Virus record (IMG/VR): IMGVR_UViG_3300036766_001530
Strand: one strand, 5' to 3'
DNA length: 56,938 bases
From: an uncultured virus (IMG/VR IMGVR_UViG_3300036766_001530)
Taxonomy: Duplodnaviria; Heunggongvirae; Uroviricota; Caudoviricetes
Below the pieces are notes generated by a model. The model was given only the letters and a program-made list of their open reading frames with translations. It did not search any database and was not told where the DNA came from. A program made the position numbers and the translations under genes. Shown here one piece after another: positions 8,244 to 16,881 of the stretch; within the stretch, counting starts at the first letter, position 1; each line of letters opens with the position of its first letter.

Positions 8244-8573
8244 GTGGCAGCCAAAGACGTACAACAGCGACCGCTGGACCTCTCGTCCCCCGGCGCCACT
8301 GGCTCGCCCACCGCCCCGACCGACGCGACGCACGTCGATCCGGCCACGCTGCCTCAGCCAGACGGCGCGGGCGCTCCGGGCAACAGCCTCCTCGCCGCCC
8401 CGGCCAACCACGTCCACCCGGGCGCCACGGCCTCGAACTACTTGCAGGCCGATGTCTTTACCAATGACGCGGTCAACTGGTCAACGCTGGTGACCGTGAA
8501 CATCAACACATCGGGAGGTACGACTCTCGCTGCTCAGGCTCACGCCTCCGTCTCAAACCTGGGGAATCCCTGA
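8244..8573 (+). CDS. Virion beta-rich protein, N-terminal part
   Basis: RBS AAAGGA + GTG; AAPANHVHP fibre-type motif; stop overlaps the next ATG. Confidence 0.65.
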   Translation: MAAKDVQQRPLDLSSPGATGSPTAPTDATHVDPATLPQPDGAGAPGNSLLAAPANHVHPGATASNYLQADVFTNDAVNWSTLVTVNINTSGGTTLAAQAHASVSNLGNP

Positions 8574-8827
8574 TGGCTTTCTTCGCCAAAACCCAGTTCC
8601 GTCTCGTCATCGACGGAGTCCCGGTGCCGGGCTCAAATGTGGAGACGTCCTTCGATCTCCTCAACGACACCGAGGTCATCGCCATCATCGGCCAGAAAGT
8701 CGCCGTTCTCTCTGGAGCCCACGTCGTCCAACTCCAATGGAAATCGGCCGATGGCAACACGGCGGTATGTCGTCCAATCCTCGCACCACTGAATGAATCG
8801 GCATCGCTCTTTGTCTCGGAGGTGTGA
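8573..8827 (+). CDS. Virion beta-rich protein, C-terminal part
   Basis: QFRLVIDG...GAHVVQLQWK...SLFVSEV looks like the second half of a beta-sandwich. Confidence 0.65.
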   Translation: MAFFAKTQFRLVIDGVPVPGSNVETSFDLLNDTEVIAIIGQKVAVLSGAHVVQLQWKSADGNTAVCRPILAPLNESASLFVSEV

Positions 8828-8921
8828 TTGCCGCCATGCCGATGCCCATGATCCAGTTCGGTGAGCTGCGAAGCAGCGAACTCCGCTCCGGCTCCGGTCC
8901 GAACCATCAGGAGATCACCTG

Positions 8922-10328
8922 ATGCCGATGCCCACGATCCAGTTCAAGCTCAAGCTCTTCCGGGGCGACTGGGACCAGGCACGTTCGCAGGTCGCTCTGC
9001 TCTGGCTCATGGAGGCGCTCGTCCGCCAGAACCAGAGCCACATCCGGCAGTTCGTCTCGCTCGCCAAGCGCGGCATCATCAAGGAGCCGTACCCGCGCCT
9101 CTATCGCGCAGGTGTCCACTACGAGCGCGAGCCGCCCGGCCAGGAAGTCTGGCCGGATGTGCCGACCATCCTGGAGACCAAGGACGGCGAGTTCTCCGGC
9201 CCCTGGGGCGACTGCTTGCCCGTCTCGACGCTCGTCGCCAAGTACAACGACAAGGGCGACGCCCAGATGTTCCCCTTCGGCTCGCTCAAGATCGGCGATG
9301 TCATCGTCGAAGGAGGACCGTCTCAGATCGCTCCAACCGGGCGCACAATGGTGCTGGAATTCGCCGAGACTGGCGAAAAAGAAATCATCGCTTTCCGCCT
9401 GGCCCACCCCTACGGAACTCCAAGAACACTCCGCTGCTCACCAGAGCACAAACTCTTCCTCCTCGAAGGTGAAAAGGAAGTCAGAGCCAAGAATGTAAGG
9501 CCCGGCGATCAGCTCCTCGGAGGAAGCAACGGCAAGTACGGGGGGCTCAAAGTCATCGAGATCACCACTCCGGGGAAAGAACGCTGCGCCGACATCAAGA
9601 CGGCCAGTGGTCGCTTCTGGCTTCCGGAATCCGACGCCATCGTCCACAACTGCGAAGACCTTGCATGCTGGCGCACGGCCGAGCTGCGCGAGCTGGGCAA
9701 CATCAAGGCCAAGCCATTCGCCAAGTGGCGCTTCGGCAAGAGCGGCAACTACCACTACCACGCGCTCACGCTTCTGCCCGACGGCCGACTCGAAGATCCG
9801 AGCCTGACGCTCGGCATGGGCCGCGAGGCCTTCTTCGCCAAGCACGACATCGTGGATCGCTACAAGAAGGGCGAGCTGAAGCCCCTCGTCATGTTCGCCA
9901 AGCTGCCCGACGTCATCGTCGTCGATCCGGAAAAGCCGACCGGCTACTCGGGCGGCAAGGCCGACTACTACCAGCAGGGCGTCTCGGGAACCGGTGCCCG
10001 CCCCGACGAGCTGGCCGCCTGGGGATACGACCACAACGATGTCCGAGGTGCCGACATGGCGGCCCTACGAGACATGACCTCCGGCATGAGCCGCGTCGAC
10101 CACATGGGCTCGTTCTCGGCCATGACCCAGCTCCCCGACATCTCGACCGCCGACATCGTCATGGGCGGAGCGCGCCACAAGATCGTCTCCAAGCACGAGC
10201 GCGAAGTCGACGACGACGGCAATACGCTCGACGCCATGATCGGCTGGAACGGCAAGACCTTCGTGCCACGCTCGGACGCCGAGGCCATGCGCCGCCTCAT
10301 GGGCTACGGGGCCGGAGGAGGTCGCTGA
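8922..10328 (+). CDS. Transglutaminase-like cysteine protease (putative maturation protease), intein-containing
   Basis: After splicing it reads WGD-CEDLACWRTAEL...YHALTLLPDGRLEDPS, a Cys-His-Asp triad in transglutaminase-like context. Confidence 0.75.
   Translation: MPMPTIQFKLKLFRGDWDQARSQVALLWLMEALVRQNQSHIRQFVSLAKRGIIKEPYPRLYRAGVHYEREPPGQEVWPDVPTILETKDGEFSGPWGDCLPVSTLVAKYNDKGDAQMFPFGSLKIGDVIVEGGPSQIAPTGRTMVLEFAETGEKEIIAFRLAHPYGTPRTLRCSPEHKLFLLEGEKEVRAKNVRPGDQLLGGSNGKYGGLKVIEITTPGKERCADIKTASGRFWLPESDAIVHNCEDLACWRTAELRELGNIKAKPFAKWRFGKSGNYHYHALTLLPDGRLEDPSLTLGMGREAFFAKHDIVDRYKKGELKPLVMFAKLPDVIVVDPEKPTGYSGGKADYYQQGVSGTGARPDELAAWGYDHNDVRGADMAALRDMTSGMSRVDHMGSFSAMTQLPDISTADIVMGGARHKIVSKHEREVDDDGNTLDAMIGWNGKTFVPRSDAEAMRRLMGYGAGGGR
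9213..9650 (+). mobile_element. Mini-intein, 146 aa, no homing endonuclease
   Basis: Starts CLPVSTLV; block B LRCSPEHKLF; VRAKNVRPGDQL; ends IVHN followed by extein Cys. Confidence 0.92.
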
Positions 10329-10380
10329 TGAAGATCGCCACTCAATACGGACCGGAGCGGAATTCGTCGCTCCGCGACTC

Positions 10381-10935
10381 ATGATGCCACTCATCGCCGT
10401 ACCATTCATCGGTCTCGCTATCGCCATCCTTGCGGGACTCGGTGCCGGGTTCATGACCAAGCACCGGAAAGAAGAGATCACGACCGACGAGCAGCGCCTC
10501 TGGGCCGCCATCGTGAAGGCCCAGCAGACGGGCAAGCCGGACGACTTCATCAGCGCCGCCAACCTCGCCCGCATCCTCGGCAAGCCGAAGACTGCCGACG
10601 AGCTGACCGCGCAGGCAACGGCCGCCGCCCAACGATCGATGCTCGCCGCTCGGGCCGGCGCGCTCGCCAGAAACGTCAAGCCCAGTTCCAAGAAGACCGG
10701 CGTCAACGGCGAGGGCCGCCCGACCATGGCCTACCTCTACCAGCATCCCAACGACGCCTATGCTGTCCGGATGGCAATCGGACCCACCTGGGCCGAGCGC
10801 AAGGAAATGGGCATCTTCGACAACGTCGATCTTGCGAGAAACGTGGCCGAGGGCAACGCCTGGCGCCTGGCCTGGTACGAGCCCAAGGACCTCAAGGTCG
10901 TTCTCGCTCTCGCTCAACAGAAAAGGATCGCCTGA
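10381..10935 (+). CDS. N-terminally anchored membrane protein
   Basis: Hydrophobic N-terminus; AANLARILGKPKTADEL motif. Confidence 0.75.
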   Translation: MMPLIAVPFIGLAIAILAGLGAGFMTKHRKEEITTDEQRLWAAIVKAQQTGKPDDFISAANLARILGKPKTADELTAQATAAAQRSMLAARAGALARNVKPSSKKTGVNGEGRPTMAYLYQHPNDAYAVRMAIGPTWAERKEMGIFDNVDLARNVAEGNAWRLAWYEPKDLKVVLALAQQKRIA

Positions 10936-10936
10936 C

Positions 10937-11452
10937 ATGCTCCCCATCTTCGGAATGATTCTCGCCGGCATCATCGGCTTCGCCATCGCCCAGAGCAAGA
11001 AGACCGATGAGAAGAAGCAACTCGCGGTACCAGAGCCACAGAGGGCTCTGCCTCCGATCGAACCATCTCCGACCCAGATGGACAGGATGGAGCAATCTAT
11101 CAACCGGCAAATCACTCAACAACTCGCAGCCCATGACACCGCCTACCCCTTGATGCTGGCGGCCATCAAGCATGCCGAGGCCACCAAGGACCCTCGCGAC
11201 TACCGTGCTGCCTCGATCTTGGCCGTCAAGGCTGGCAGACCAAAGTCGGCGAAGACCCTTGCAAGCATCGCCGATGAGCGGGCCCGCGAGATCGCAAGCA
11301 AGGCGAAGAAGGTCGGCAAGGTCGCGAAGGTGACTGGAGATCCTCGCGCCCTCGACGTCTTTGCGGGCCTGGTCGAGCAAATCGACCAGACCGAGCTGGC
11401 GCGCCGCGCCCGCCGCGCCGCCAAGGCCATCCGCAATGGGGAGGTGGGCTGA
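10937..11452 (+). CDS. N-terminally anchored membrane protein
   Basis: MLPIFGMILAGIIGFAIA anchor; RBS AAGGA; AGRPKSAKTL motif. Confidence 0.75.
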   Translation: MLPIFGMILAGIIGFAIAQSKKTDEKKQLAVPEPQRALPPIEPSPTQMDRMEQSINRQITQQLAAHDTAYPLMLAAIKHAEATKDPRDYRAASILAVKAGRPKSAKTLASIADERAREIASKAKKVGKVAKVTGDPRALDVFAGLVEQIDQTELARRARRAAKAIRNGEVG

Positions 11453-11619
11453 TGCTCCAGGTAGTCCTTCCCCTCGCAATCGTCCTACTCATCCTGCGCG
11501 CCACCCGCGGGATGACGGACACGATCAAGAAGTACGAACGTCGCGGCACCATGGCCGGTGGTGACCCGGAGGAGAAGAAGCTCTCCTCGTTCTCCGGCTA
11601 CGCCAAGGGCCTGGAATGA
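11452..11619 (+). CDS. Small membrane protein, 55 aa (not in the ORF track)
   Basis: MLQVVLPLAIVLLILRA...SGYAKGLE; start and stop both overlap neighbouring genes. Confidence 0.7.
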   Translation: MLQVVLPLAIVLLILRATRGMTDTIKKYERRGTMAGGDPEEKKLSSFSGYAKGLE

Positions 11620-12434
11620 CCACAGCTTCCCCCAGCACCTCCCCTCTCGCCAACGTCATCGTCAAGGTCCTCGCCGACCCCAAGACGACCGAGAAGGATC
11701 TGCTCGCCGTCGCCTCTCTCGCCGAGAAGAGCGGCCAGGCCAAGACAGCCGAGGCCCTGCGCGATCGTGCGCGCAAGCTGATGATCGAACAAGCTGCCGC
11801 CGCAGCCGCCACCGCGATCCCCAAGATCGGCGAATCCACCACTTCCGAATCTGAAACTGAGCCGGCCTCAGAACCGGCCTCGCCGGCCTCTGAACCAGCC
11901 TCGCCGGCCTCTGAACCGGAGCGGAATTCGCCGCTTCGCGGCTCATTCGTCGGCTTCCCCTCGCCCTGGAAGGACGTGCCTCCTCCGGCCTGGACCGCCT
12001 TCGTCAAGGCGATGGGCGACAAGAAGGCAAAGGCCGTCGATGATCGCTACCGCCTCGGCATCTTCGGCATCGGCGCCCGCCGACTGGTCGACCTCGGGCT
12101 CATGAAGAACCCGAAGAAGGGGGAGTACAAGGGAGCCAAGGGCGTCTGGGTAGCCGAGTGGCTGCCACCGCACAGCGAGGAGAAGTTCCTTGGCTCGCCC
12201 GAGGCCCAGTACCGCGCTTTCGTGGCGAGCATGATCGCCTACCGCCGCGCCATCAACCAGCAGTTCGCGGGCAAGCCCGCGCCGGCTCCCGTCGGCGGCA
12301 AGCGCGTGAGCCTCTCGGGACTCCTGGCGGTGGCGCACCACGCCGGCATGGGCGGACTCGGCAAGTGGCTCTCTGACGAGCGGCGCGTGCCAGCGACCAC
12401 CGAGGCCTTCACCAAGGCGACCGAAATCTTCTAG
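11616..12434 (+). CDS. Hypothetical virion protein
   Basis: Coupled ORF; SGQAKTAEAL motif; PASE repeats and an in-frame reversed hairpin element. Confidence 0.75.
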   Translation: MTTASPSTSPLANVIVKVLADPKTTEKDLLAVASLAEKSGQAKTAEALRDRARKLMIEQAAAAAATAIPKIGESTTSESETEPASEPASPASEPASPASEPERNSPLRGSFVGFPSPWKDVPPPAWTAFVKAMGDKKAKAVDDRYRLGIFGIGARRLVDLGLMKNPKKGEYKGAKGVWVAEWLPPHSEEKFLGSPEAQYRAFVASMIAYRRAINQQFAGKPAPAPVGGKRVSLSGLLAVAHHAGMGGLGKWLSDERRVPATTEAFTKATEIF

Positions 12435-12497
12435 GGTGAGCCGCGAAGCGGCGAACTCCGATCTGGTCCGAACAAAAATCTGAAAGGGACTCGACCA

Positions 12498-12622
12498 ATG
12501 GGCAAAGAACTTGTGACGGCCGGCGATGCTTTCGTCGGGGCAGATCCGTCGGTGAGGACAGCATCATCGGAGCATCGCTCGGCGCCATCTGCGGCACGAG
12601 CTGCTACCGCAAGGGACTCTGA
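12498..12622 (+). pseudogene. Frameshifted remnant consisting only of family tags
   Basis: MGKELVTAGDAFVG in one frame and GASLGAICGTSCYRKGL* in another; length 125 nt. Confidence 0.65.
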
Positions 12623-12640
12623 GGAAAGGACACGAAGACC

Positions 12641-13282
12641 ATGGGCAAAGAACTTGTAACGGCCGGCGACATCGCGAGTGGTGAGGTCGGCTGGGACCTC
12701 CTTCATCTCTTCCGCCGCTCCGACACCAACACCAAGCTCACGACCGGTCCCGAGATCGCGCGAGCCCTCACGGCTTCCGAGATCGCGGACTGGATCGAGG
12801 GACGTCGTGGCAACATCGCCCACAAGCAGTCGGGCGTGGCCGCGCTGCGCTCGATGCAGGAGCGCGCGAACGCGGGCGATCAGGATGCCGCAATCGCCGC
12901 CGGCATGATCGAGCACTTCCGCCAGAACCCGGTCCGCCCTCCCGCGTACATCTACCGCAACGCCTTCCGTCGCGCTTCGCTCGCCGTCGCCCAGGCGAAA
13001 ACCCAGAACGAGGCCGCCTACAACTACGCCAAGTTCGTGAAGAGCTACAACGAGGCCGTCGCCGGCAAGGACGTCACGCTCGCCAACCTCTACGCCGAGC
13101 GACTCGCCCAGATCCGGTCCCAGTTCGGCGACAACATCGGCCAGCTCGCCGTGCAGCGGGGATTCATCTCCCCAACCGACACCAACACCTTCGCGGCCAA
13201 CGTCTCCGCCGCCAGCAAGCCCGGCGTCGCCGGCATGTTCGGCGCCCTCTGCGGCGCTGACACCTACTCGAAGGGTCTCTGA
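12641..13282 (+). CDS. Core-like protein with C-terminal tag
   Basis: Ends GMFGALCGADTYSKGL. Confidence 0.8.
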   Translation: MGKELVTAGDIASGEVGWDLLHLFRRSDTNTKLTTGPEIARALTASEIADWIEGRRGNIAHKQSGVAALRSMQERANAGDQDAAIAAGMIEHFRQNPVRPPAYIYRNAFRRASLAVAQAKTQNEAAYNYAKFVKSYNEAVAGKDVTLANLYAERLAQIRSQFGDNIGQLAVQRGFISPTDTNTFAANVSAASKPGVAGMFGALCGADTYSKGL

Positions 13283-13746
13283 TGGCCTACGGACGGGACG
13301 AACTCGAAGCGATGAGCGAAGGAGGCATCGAAGGCGATGCCTTCGTCGGCTCCTTCTGGGGAGGGGTCAAACACATGGCCCACGCCCCCAGGCTCCTCGT
13401 CGAGACGATGGTCGCCCCACTCGACTGGGCTGGTCGGAAGATCGGACTGCCGCACGCCAAGAAAGCCCGCTACTTCGATCACTACCAGTTCCCGAACGAA
13501 GCACAGCTCAACCAGGCCATCGAGAAGCTGCGAGGAGCCGGGCTCGTCGCTCACCGGTGGTACCGCTTCGACCGCGGCCCACAGCGACCGACCCTGACCA
13601 CCAACGCCACCATGAAGCAGATCATCGCCCTCAACATCGGGGGCTACCGAGTGCCCTGGCAGAAGGGGCGCACCGACACCACGCGCGCAGAGGCCCTGAA
13701 AGAGCCGACTGGCGTGCGTGGTAGCACGTACACGAAAGGACTCTGA
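13282..13746 (+). CDS. Core-like protein, GDAFVG family
   Basis: MAYGRDEL...EGDAFVG-SFWGGVK; ends TYTKGL. Confidence 0.8.
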   Translation: MAYGRDELEAMSEGGIEGDAFVGSFWGGVKHMAHAPRLLVETMVAPLDWAGRKIGLPHAKKARYFDHYQFPNEAQLNQAIEKLRGAGLVAHRWYRFDRGPQRPTLTTNATMKQIIALNIGGYRVPWQKGRTDTTRAEALKEPTGVRGSTYTKGL

Positions 13747-13749
13747 GAC

Positions 13750-15021
13750 ATGTCGTACAGCAGGGACGAACTCAAGGCGATGGATGGCGAGGGTGTCGAA
13801 GGCGACGCCTTCGTCGGCGACCTGCGCGGCTTCCAGAGCACCTCACCTCAGGGCTTCCGCAGCTCAACTCGTCCCGACTGGTTCAACTCGGTGCCGCGCG
13901 ACAATCTCGGCGGCGAGACCGAGATCGAAGCCGGTCCCGAAACCCAGGCGTTGAGCATCCTCGGCGACGAGATGGGCTCCGCTTGGGGCAAGATCAAGAA
14001 GTACGGCAGGAAAGCCGGCAAAGGCGCCTACAAGTACGGCAAGAAGGTGGGCAAGGTCGCCTTGGCTCCCCAGCTCGCCATGTACAAGTACAGCAAGAAG
14101 GCGCTGGCGGCGATCAGCTCGGCCTCCATGTGGCCGATCAGGAAGTCCGCGCGCAAGCACATCTTGAACACGGCGATGATCTACGCCAGGGCGGGAGGCC
14201 GAGCGAAGCCCGACAAGAACGACAAGAAGCGAGCCAACGCCGCCGTCATCGCCGTCATGGCAAAGGCCCCGGGACCCAAGGGAGCGCTCCTCAAGTCGGG
14301 GGCGTACCTCCTCAAGAAGTTCGGCACCGGCGTCTCGGGCATGTCGGGCGACATCTTCATGGGTTACGAGGCCTACCCCGAGTACATCAAGAACGCCGCT
14401 GCCAGGAGTCTCATCGCCCAGGGCAAGCTGCCTCCTGGCACCAAGATCCTCGCCAACGAGCTGACCGGAAGCGGCGTCGATCCGAAGGGCTACCACATCC
14501 GCGGCCAGATCACCTATCCCAACCCGAGAGGCGGCCACTATAGCTTCTCGTACAAGGTGAGGATCAACCCTGAAATCGAGAGCATGGACGGCGACGCCTT
14601 CGTCGGCCACGACGAGGTCGGCGCCGTCGTCATCGCCAGCGGCCTTCTCGCCGCCGGCATCGCAGCCGCCATCATGGCCTCGGGCGCTCTCATCGCCATG
14701 ATGGCCACCTCGTACGCCAAGAAGCAGATCGGAGCACCCGGTGGCCAGCAGCTCGGACCACCTCCCGAGGGTGGCGAAGGAGCCCCGGGCGAAGGAGCCC
14801 CGGGCGAAGGTGCCCCGGGTGGTGAGGGCGGAGGGGCTCCGGGCGAGGGAGCCCCGGGTGGTGGCGAAGGCGGCGAAGGTGGTGGCGAAGGTGGCGGAGC
14901 CCCCGGTGAGGAAGGAGCGCCTCCCGAAGGTGGCGAAGAGGGCCCGCAGGACGAATCGTCCGGCATCGAGTCGCTCATGGGCGGCTTCTGCGGCATGTCC
15001 TGCTACCGGAAAGGACTCTGA
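13750..15021 (+). CDS. Core-like polyprotein, GDAFVG family, with TM segment and GEGAP repeats
   Basis: Two GDAFVG motifs; ends GIESLMGGFCGMSCYRKGL. Confidence 0.85.
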   Translation: MSYSRDELKAMDGEGVEGDAFVGDLRGFQSTSPQGFRSSTRPDWFNSVPRDNLGGETEIEAGPETQALSILGDEMGSAWGKIKKYGRKAGKGAYKYGKKVGKVALAPQLAMYKYSKKALAAISSASMWPIRKSARKHILNTAMIYARAGGRAKPDKNDKKRANAAVIAVMAKAPGPKGALLKSGAYLLKKFGTGVSGMSGDIFMGYEAYPEYIKNAAARSLIAQGKLPPGTKILANELTGSGVDPKGYHIRGQITYPNPRGGHYSFSYKVRINPEIESMDGDAFVGHDEVGAVVIASGLLAAGIAAAIMASGALIAMMATSYAKKQIGAPGGQQLGPPPEGGEGAPGEGAPGEGAPGGEGGGAPGEGAPGGGEGGEGGGEGGGAPGEEGAPPEGGEEGPQDESSGIESLMGGFCGMSCYRKGL

Positions 15022-15125
15022 TCCCACATGGCCTTCGATAAGGATGAAATGGTCCTCGACTCCTCGGGCGACGGTGAGCCGCGAAGCGGCGAACTCTGCT
15101 CTGGTCCGAACAAAAAGGAAGTCTG

Positions 15126-15839
15126 ATGGCCTTCGATAAGGATGAAATGGTCCTCGACTCCTCGGGCGACGAATCCGTCGCCTGGGAGACGGTCGGCCTT
15201 ATCACGCCTCCAAGGCCCACGCCTCGCCCCGGGTGGGTACGAAAGCTCATCCACCGATGGGCGTTCGCTGCCAGGCGATCTGACCGGGCCCGTGCCGAGG
15301 GCGACCAGGAGCGATCCGCATCAGCTCAGCGCCGCATGGCCAGAGTCAACCGGAACTACCAGCAGGTGACCGGCCGCTCCGACATTCGGGCGCGAGCCAT
15401 AGCGATGGGGCTCTACCGGCCGGCGCCACCCCCGCCACCACCACCTCCACCGCCGGCCTACGATCCGTACGCTCAGCAGTACGGGCAGCCCGACTCCTAC
15501 GCCTCGGCATCTCCTGACGATCCGTACGCCCAGTACGATCCGTCGACCTACGATCCGAACATCGCTGGTAACGACGTCGGGGCCGTCTTCTCACCCTCGA
15601 CCTGGTTCATGACCAAGGCCGAGGAGAGCCTCCACTGGGAGAAGAAGAAGGCAGCGACCGACATCAAGGCCGCCAAGGAAATGGCCTCCCTCCGCCAGCA
15701 AGAAAAGGCTGCCTTCGAGGAGGCCGCCTCTGCCAGGAAGGGGATCGAGGAAGCCAGGAAAGCCGCCGGGATGGCAGGAATCGAATCCATCATGGGTGGT
15801 CTCTGCGGCACAAGCTGCTATCGGAAGGGACTCGACTGA
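15126..15839 (+). CDS. Core-like protein, MAFDKDE family
   Basis: MAFDKDE...SGDE; poly-Pro; ends GIESIMGGLCGTSCYRKGLD. Confidence 0.8.
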   Translation: MAFDKDEMVLDSSGDESVAWETVGLITPPRPTPRPGWVRKLIHRWAFAARRSDRARAEGDQERSASAQRRMARVNRNYQQVTGRSDIRARAIAMGLYRPAPPPPPPPPPPAYDPYAQQYGQPDSYASASPDDPYAQYDPSTYDPNIAGNDVGAVFSPSTWFMTKAEESLHWEKKKAATDIKAAKEMASLRQQEKAAFEEAASARKGIEEARKAAGMAGIESIMGGLCGTSCYRKGLD

Positions 15840-16498
15840 TGGTCTTCGATCGAGACGAAAAAGCTCTTGCCATGCACGGCGACGAAATCGCCGCATGGCA
15901 GATCGGCATGCGGGCCCAGGCGTCGCGGGCCCCGTCCTTCCGTGGGCCCGTGGCCATGGGACCAAGCATGCTGTCGCCGCTCGCCCCAGCTCAAAGACCA
16001 TACGCCCCATCGCTTCCGCAAGCGCCGTACCCGGGTCCATCCCCATACGCCAGCTCACCTCCTGATGATGGTGGCGGTGGCGGCGGTGGCGGCGGTGGCG
16101 GCGGTGGCGGCGGTGGCGGCGGTGGCGGCGGTGGCGGCGGTGGCGGCGGTGGTGGTGGTGGCAGTGACACCCCGGCCAAGGGCGGAGAAAAAGAAGCTCC
16201 CGGGGCCAAGGGAGAAGAGGCCGCTCCAGATCCGACCCAGATCGAAGCCGCCAGGGCCACGCTCGAAGCGGCAAATGCTGGCGACAAGAAAGCCCAGGCA
16301 CTCATCACCACTGCGACAAAGAACGCCCAGTCCGGAGATCCGGCGGCGATCTCCGCCATGAAGGCTCTCGACGCCGCCGCTACCGGCCCCTCCCCCGAAA
16401 CTGATCCTGAGAAAGCCAAGAAGGAATCCGGCGTGACCGGAATCGAATCCATCATGGGCGGCCTGTGCGGCACGAGCTGCTATCGAAAGGGACTCTGA
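15839..16498 (+). CDS. Core-like protein with poly-Gly tract
   Basis: MVFDRDE...GDEI; about 30 Gly; ends GIESIMGGLCGTSCYRKGL. Confidence 0.8.
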   Translation: MVFDRDEKALAMHGDEIAAWQIGMRAQASRAPSFRGPVAMGPSMLSPLAPAQRPYAPSLPQAPYPGPSPYASSPPDDGGGGGGGGGGGGGGGGGGGGGGGGGGGGGGGSDTPAKGGEKEAPGAKGEEAAPDPTQIEAARATLEAANAGDKKAQALITTATKNAQSGDPAAISAMKALDAAATGPSPETDPEKAKKESGVTGIESIMGGLCGTSCYRKGL

Positions 16499-16881
16499 TG
16501 GCCTTCGACAAAGACGAAGAAGCCCTCCGCCTCAGCGGTGATGAGATCGGAAGCGTCTGGGGCAAGATCAAGAGCGGGACTCGGAGTGTCGGCCGCGGCG
16601 TGCTCCAGGCTGGCCGCGACCTGCGCGACGCGAGCATCTTTTCCCAGCGCTACGAGTATCTCTCACCGACCTACCGCGACTCGGTGAAGACCCTCAGCCG
16701 CAAGCTCCGTTACATCAACGAGAACCTCCCTGGAGCTATCGAGAACGCAAAAAAGCATCCGGCCCGAGGAACCACTCGCTACGCGAAGATGCTCACGAGC
16801 GATCGCAGGCTCGCCATCGTGTTGCTCGCCAGGAAGGGCGTCAACGTCTCTGGTGACGATCCCATGGAAGGGGAGTTCTAA
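16498..16881 (+). CDS. Core-like protein, MAFDKDE family
   Basis: MAFDKDEEALRLSGDEIG-SVWGKIK; TGATG coupling. Confidence 0.8.
   Translation: MAFDKDEEALRLSGDEIGSVWGKIKSGTRSVGRGVLQAGRDLRDASIFSQRYEYLSPTYRDSVKTLSRKLRYINENLPGAIENAKKHPARGTTRYAKMLTSDRRLAIVLLARKGVNVSGDDPMEGEF

Noticed and set aside
16070..16162. GGC/GGT microsatellite as a regulatory repeat
   Set aside because: Explained as an in-frame poly-Gly linker
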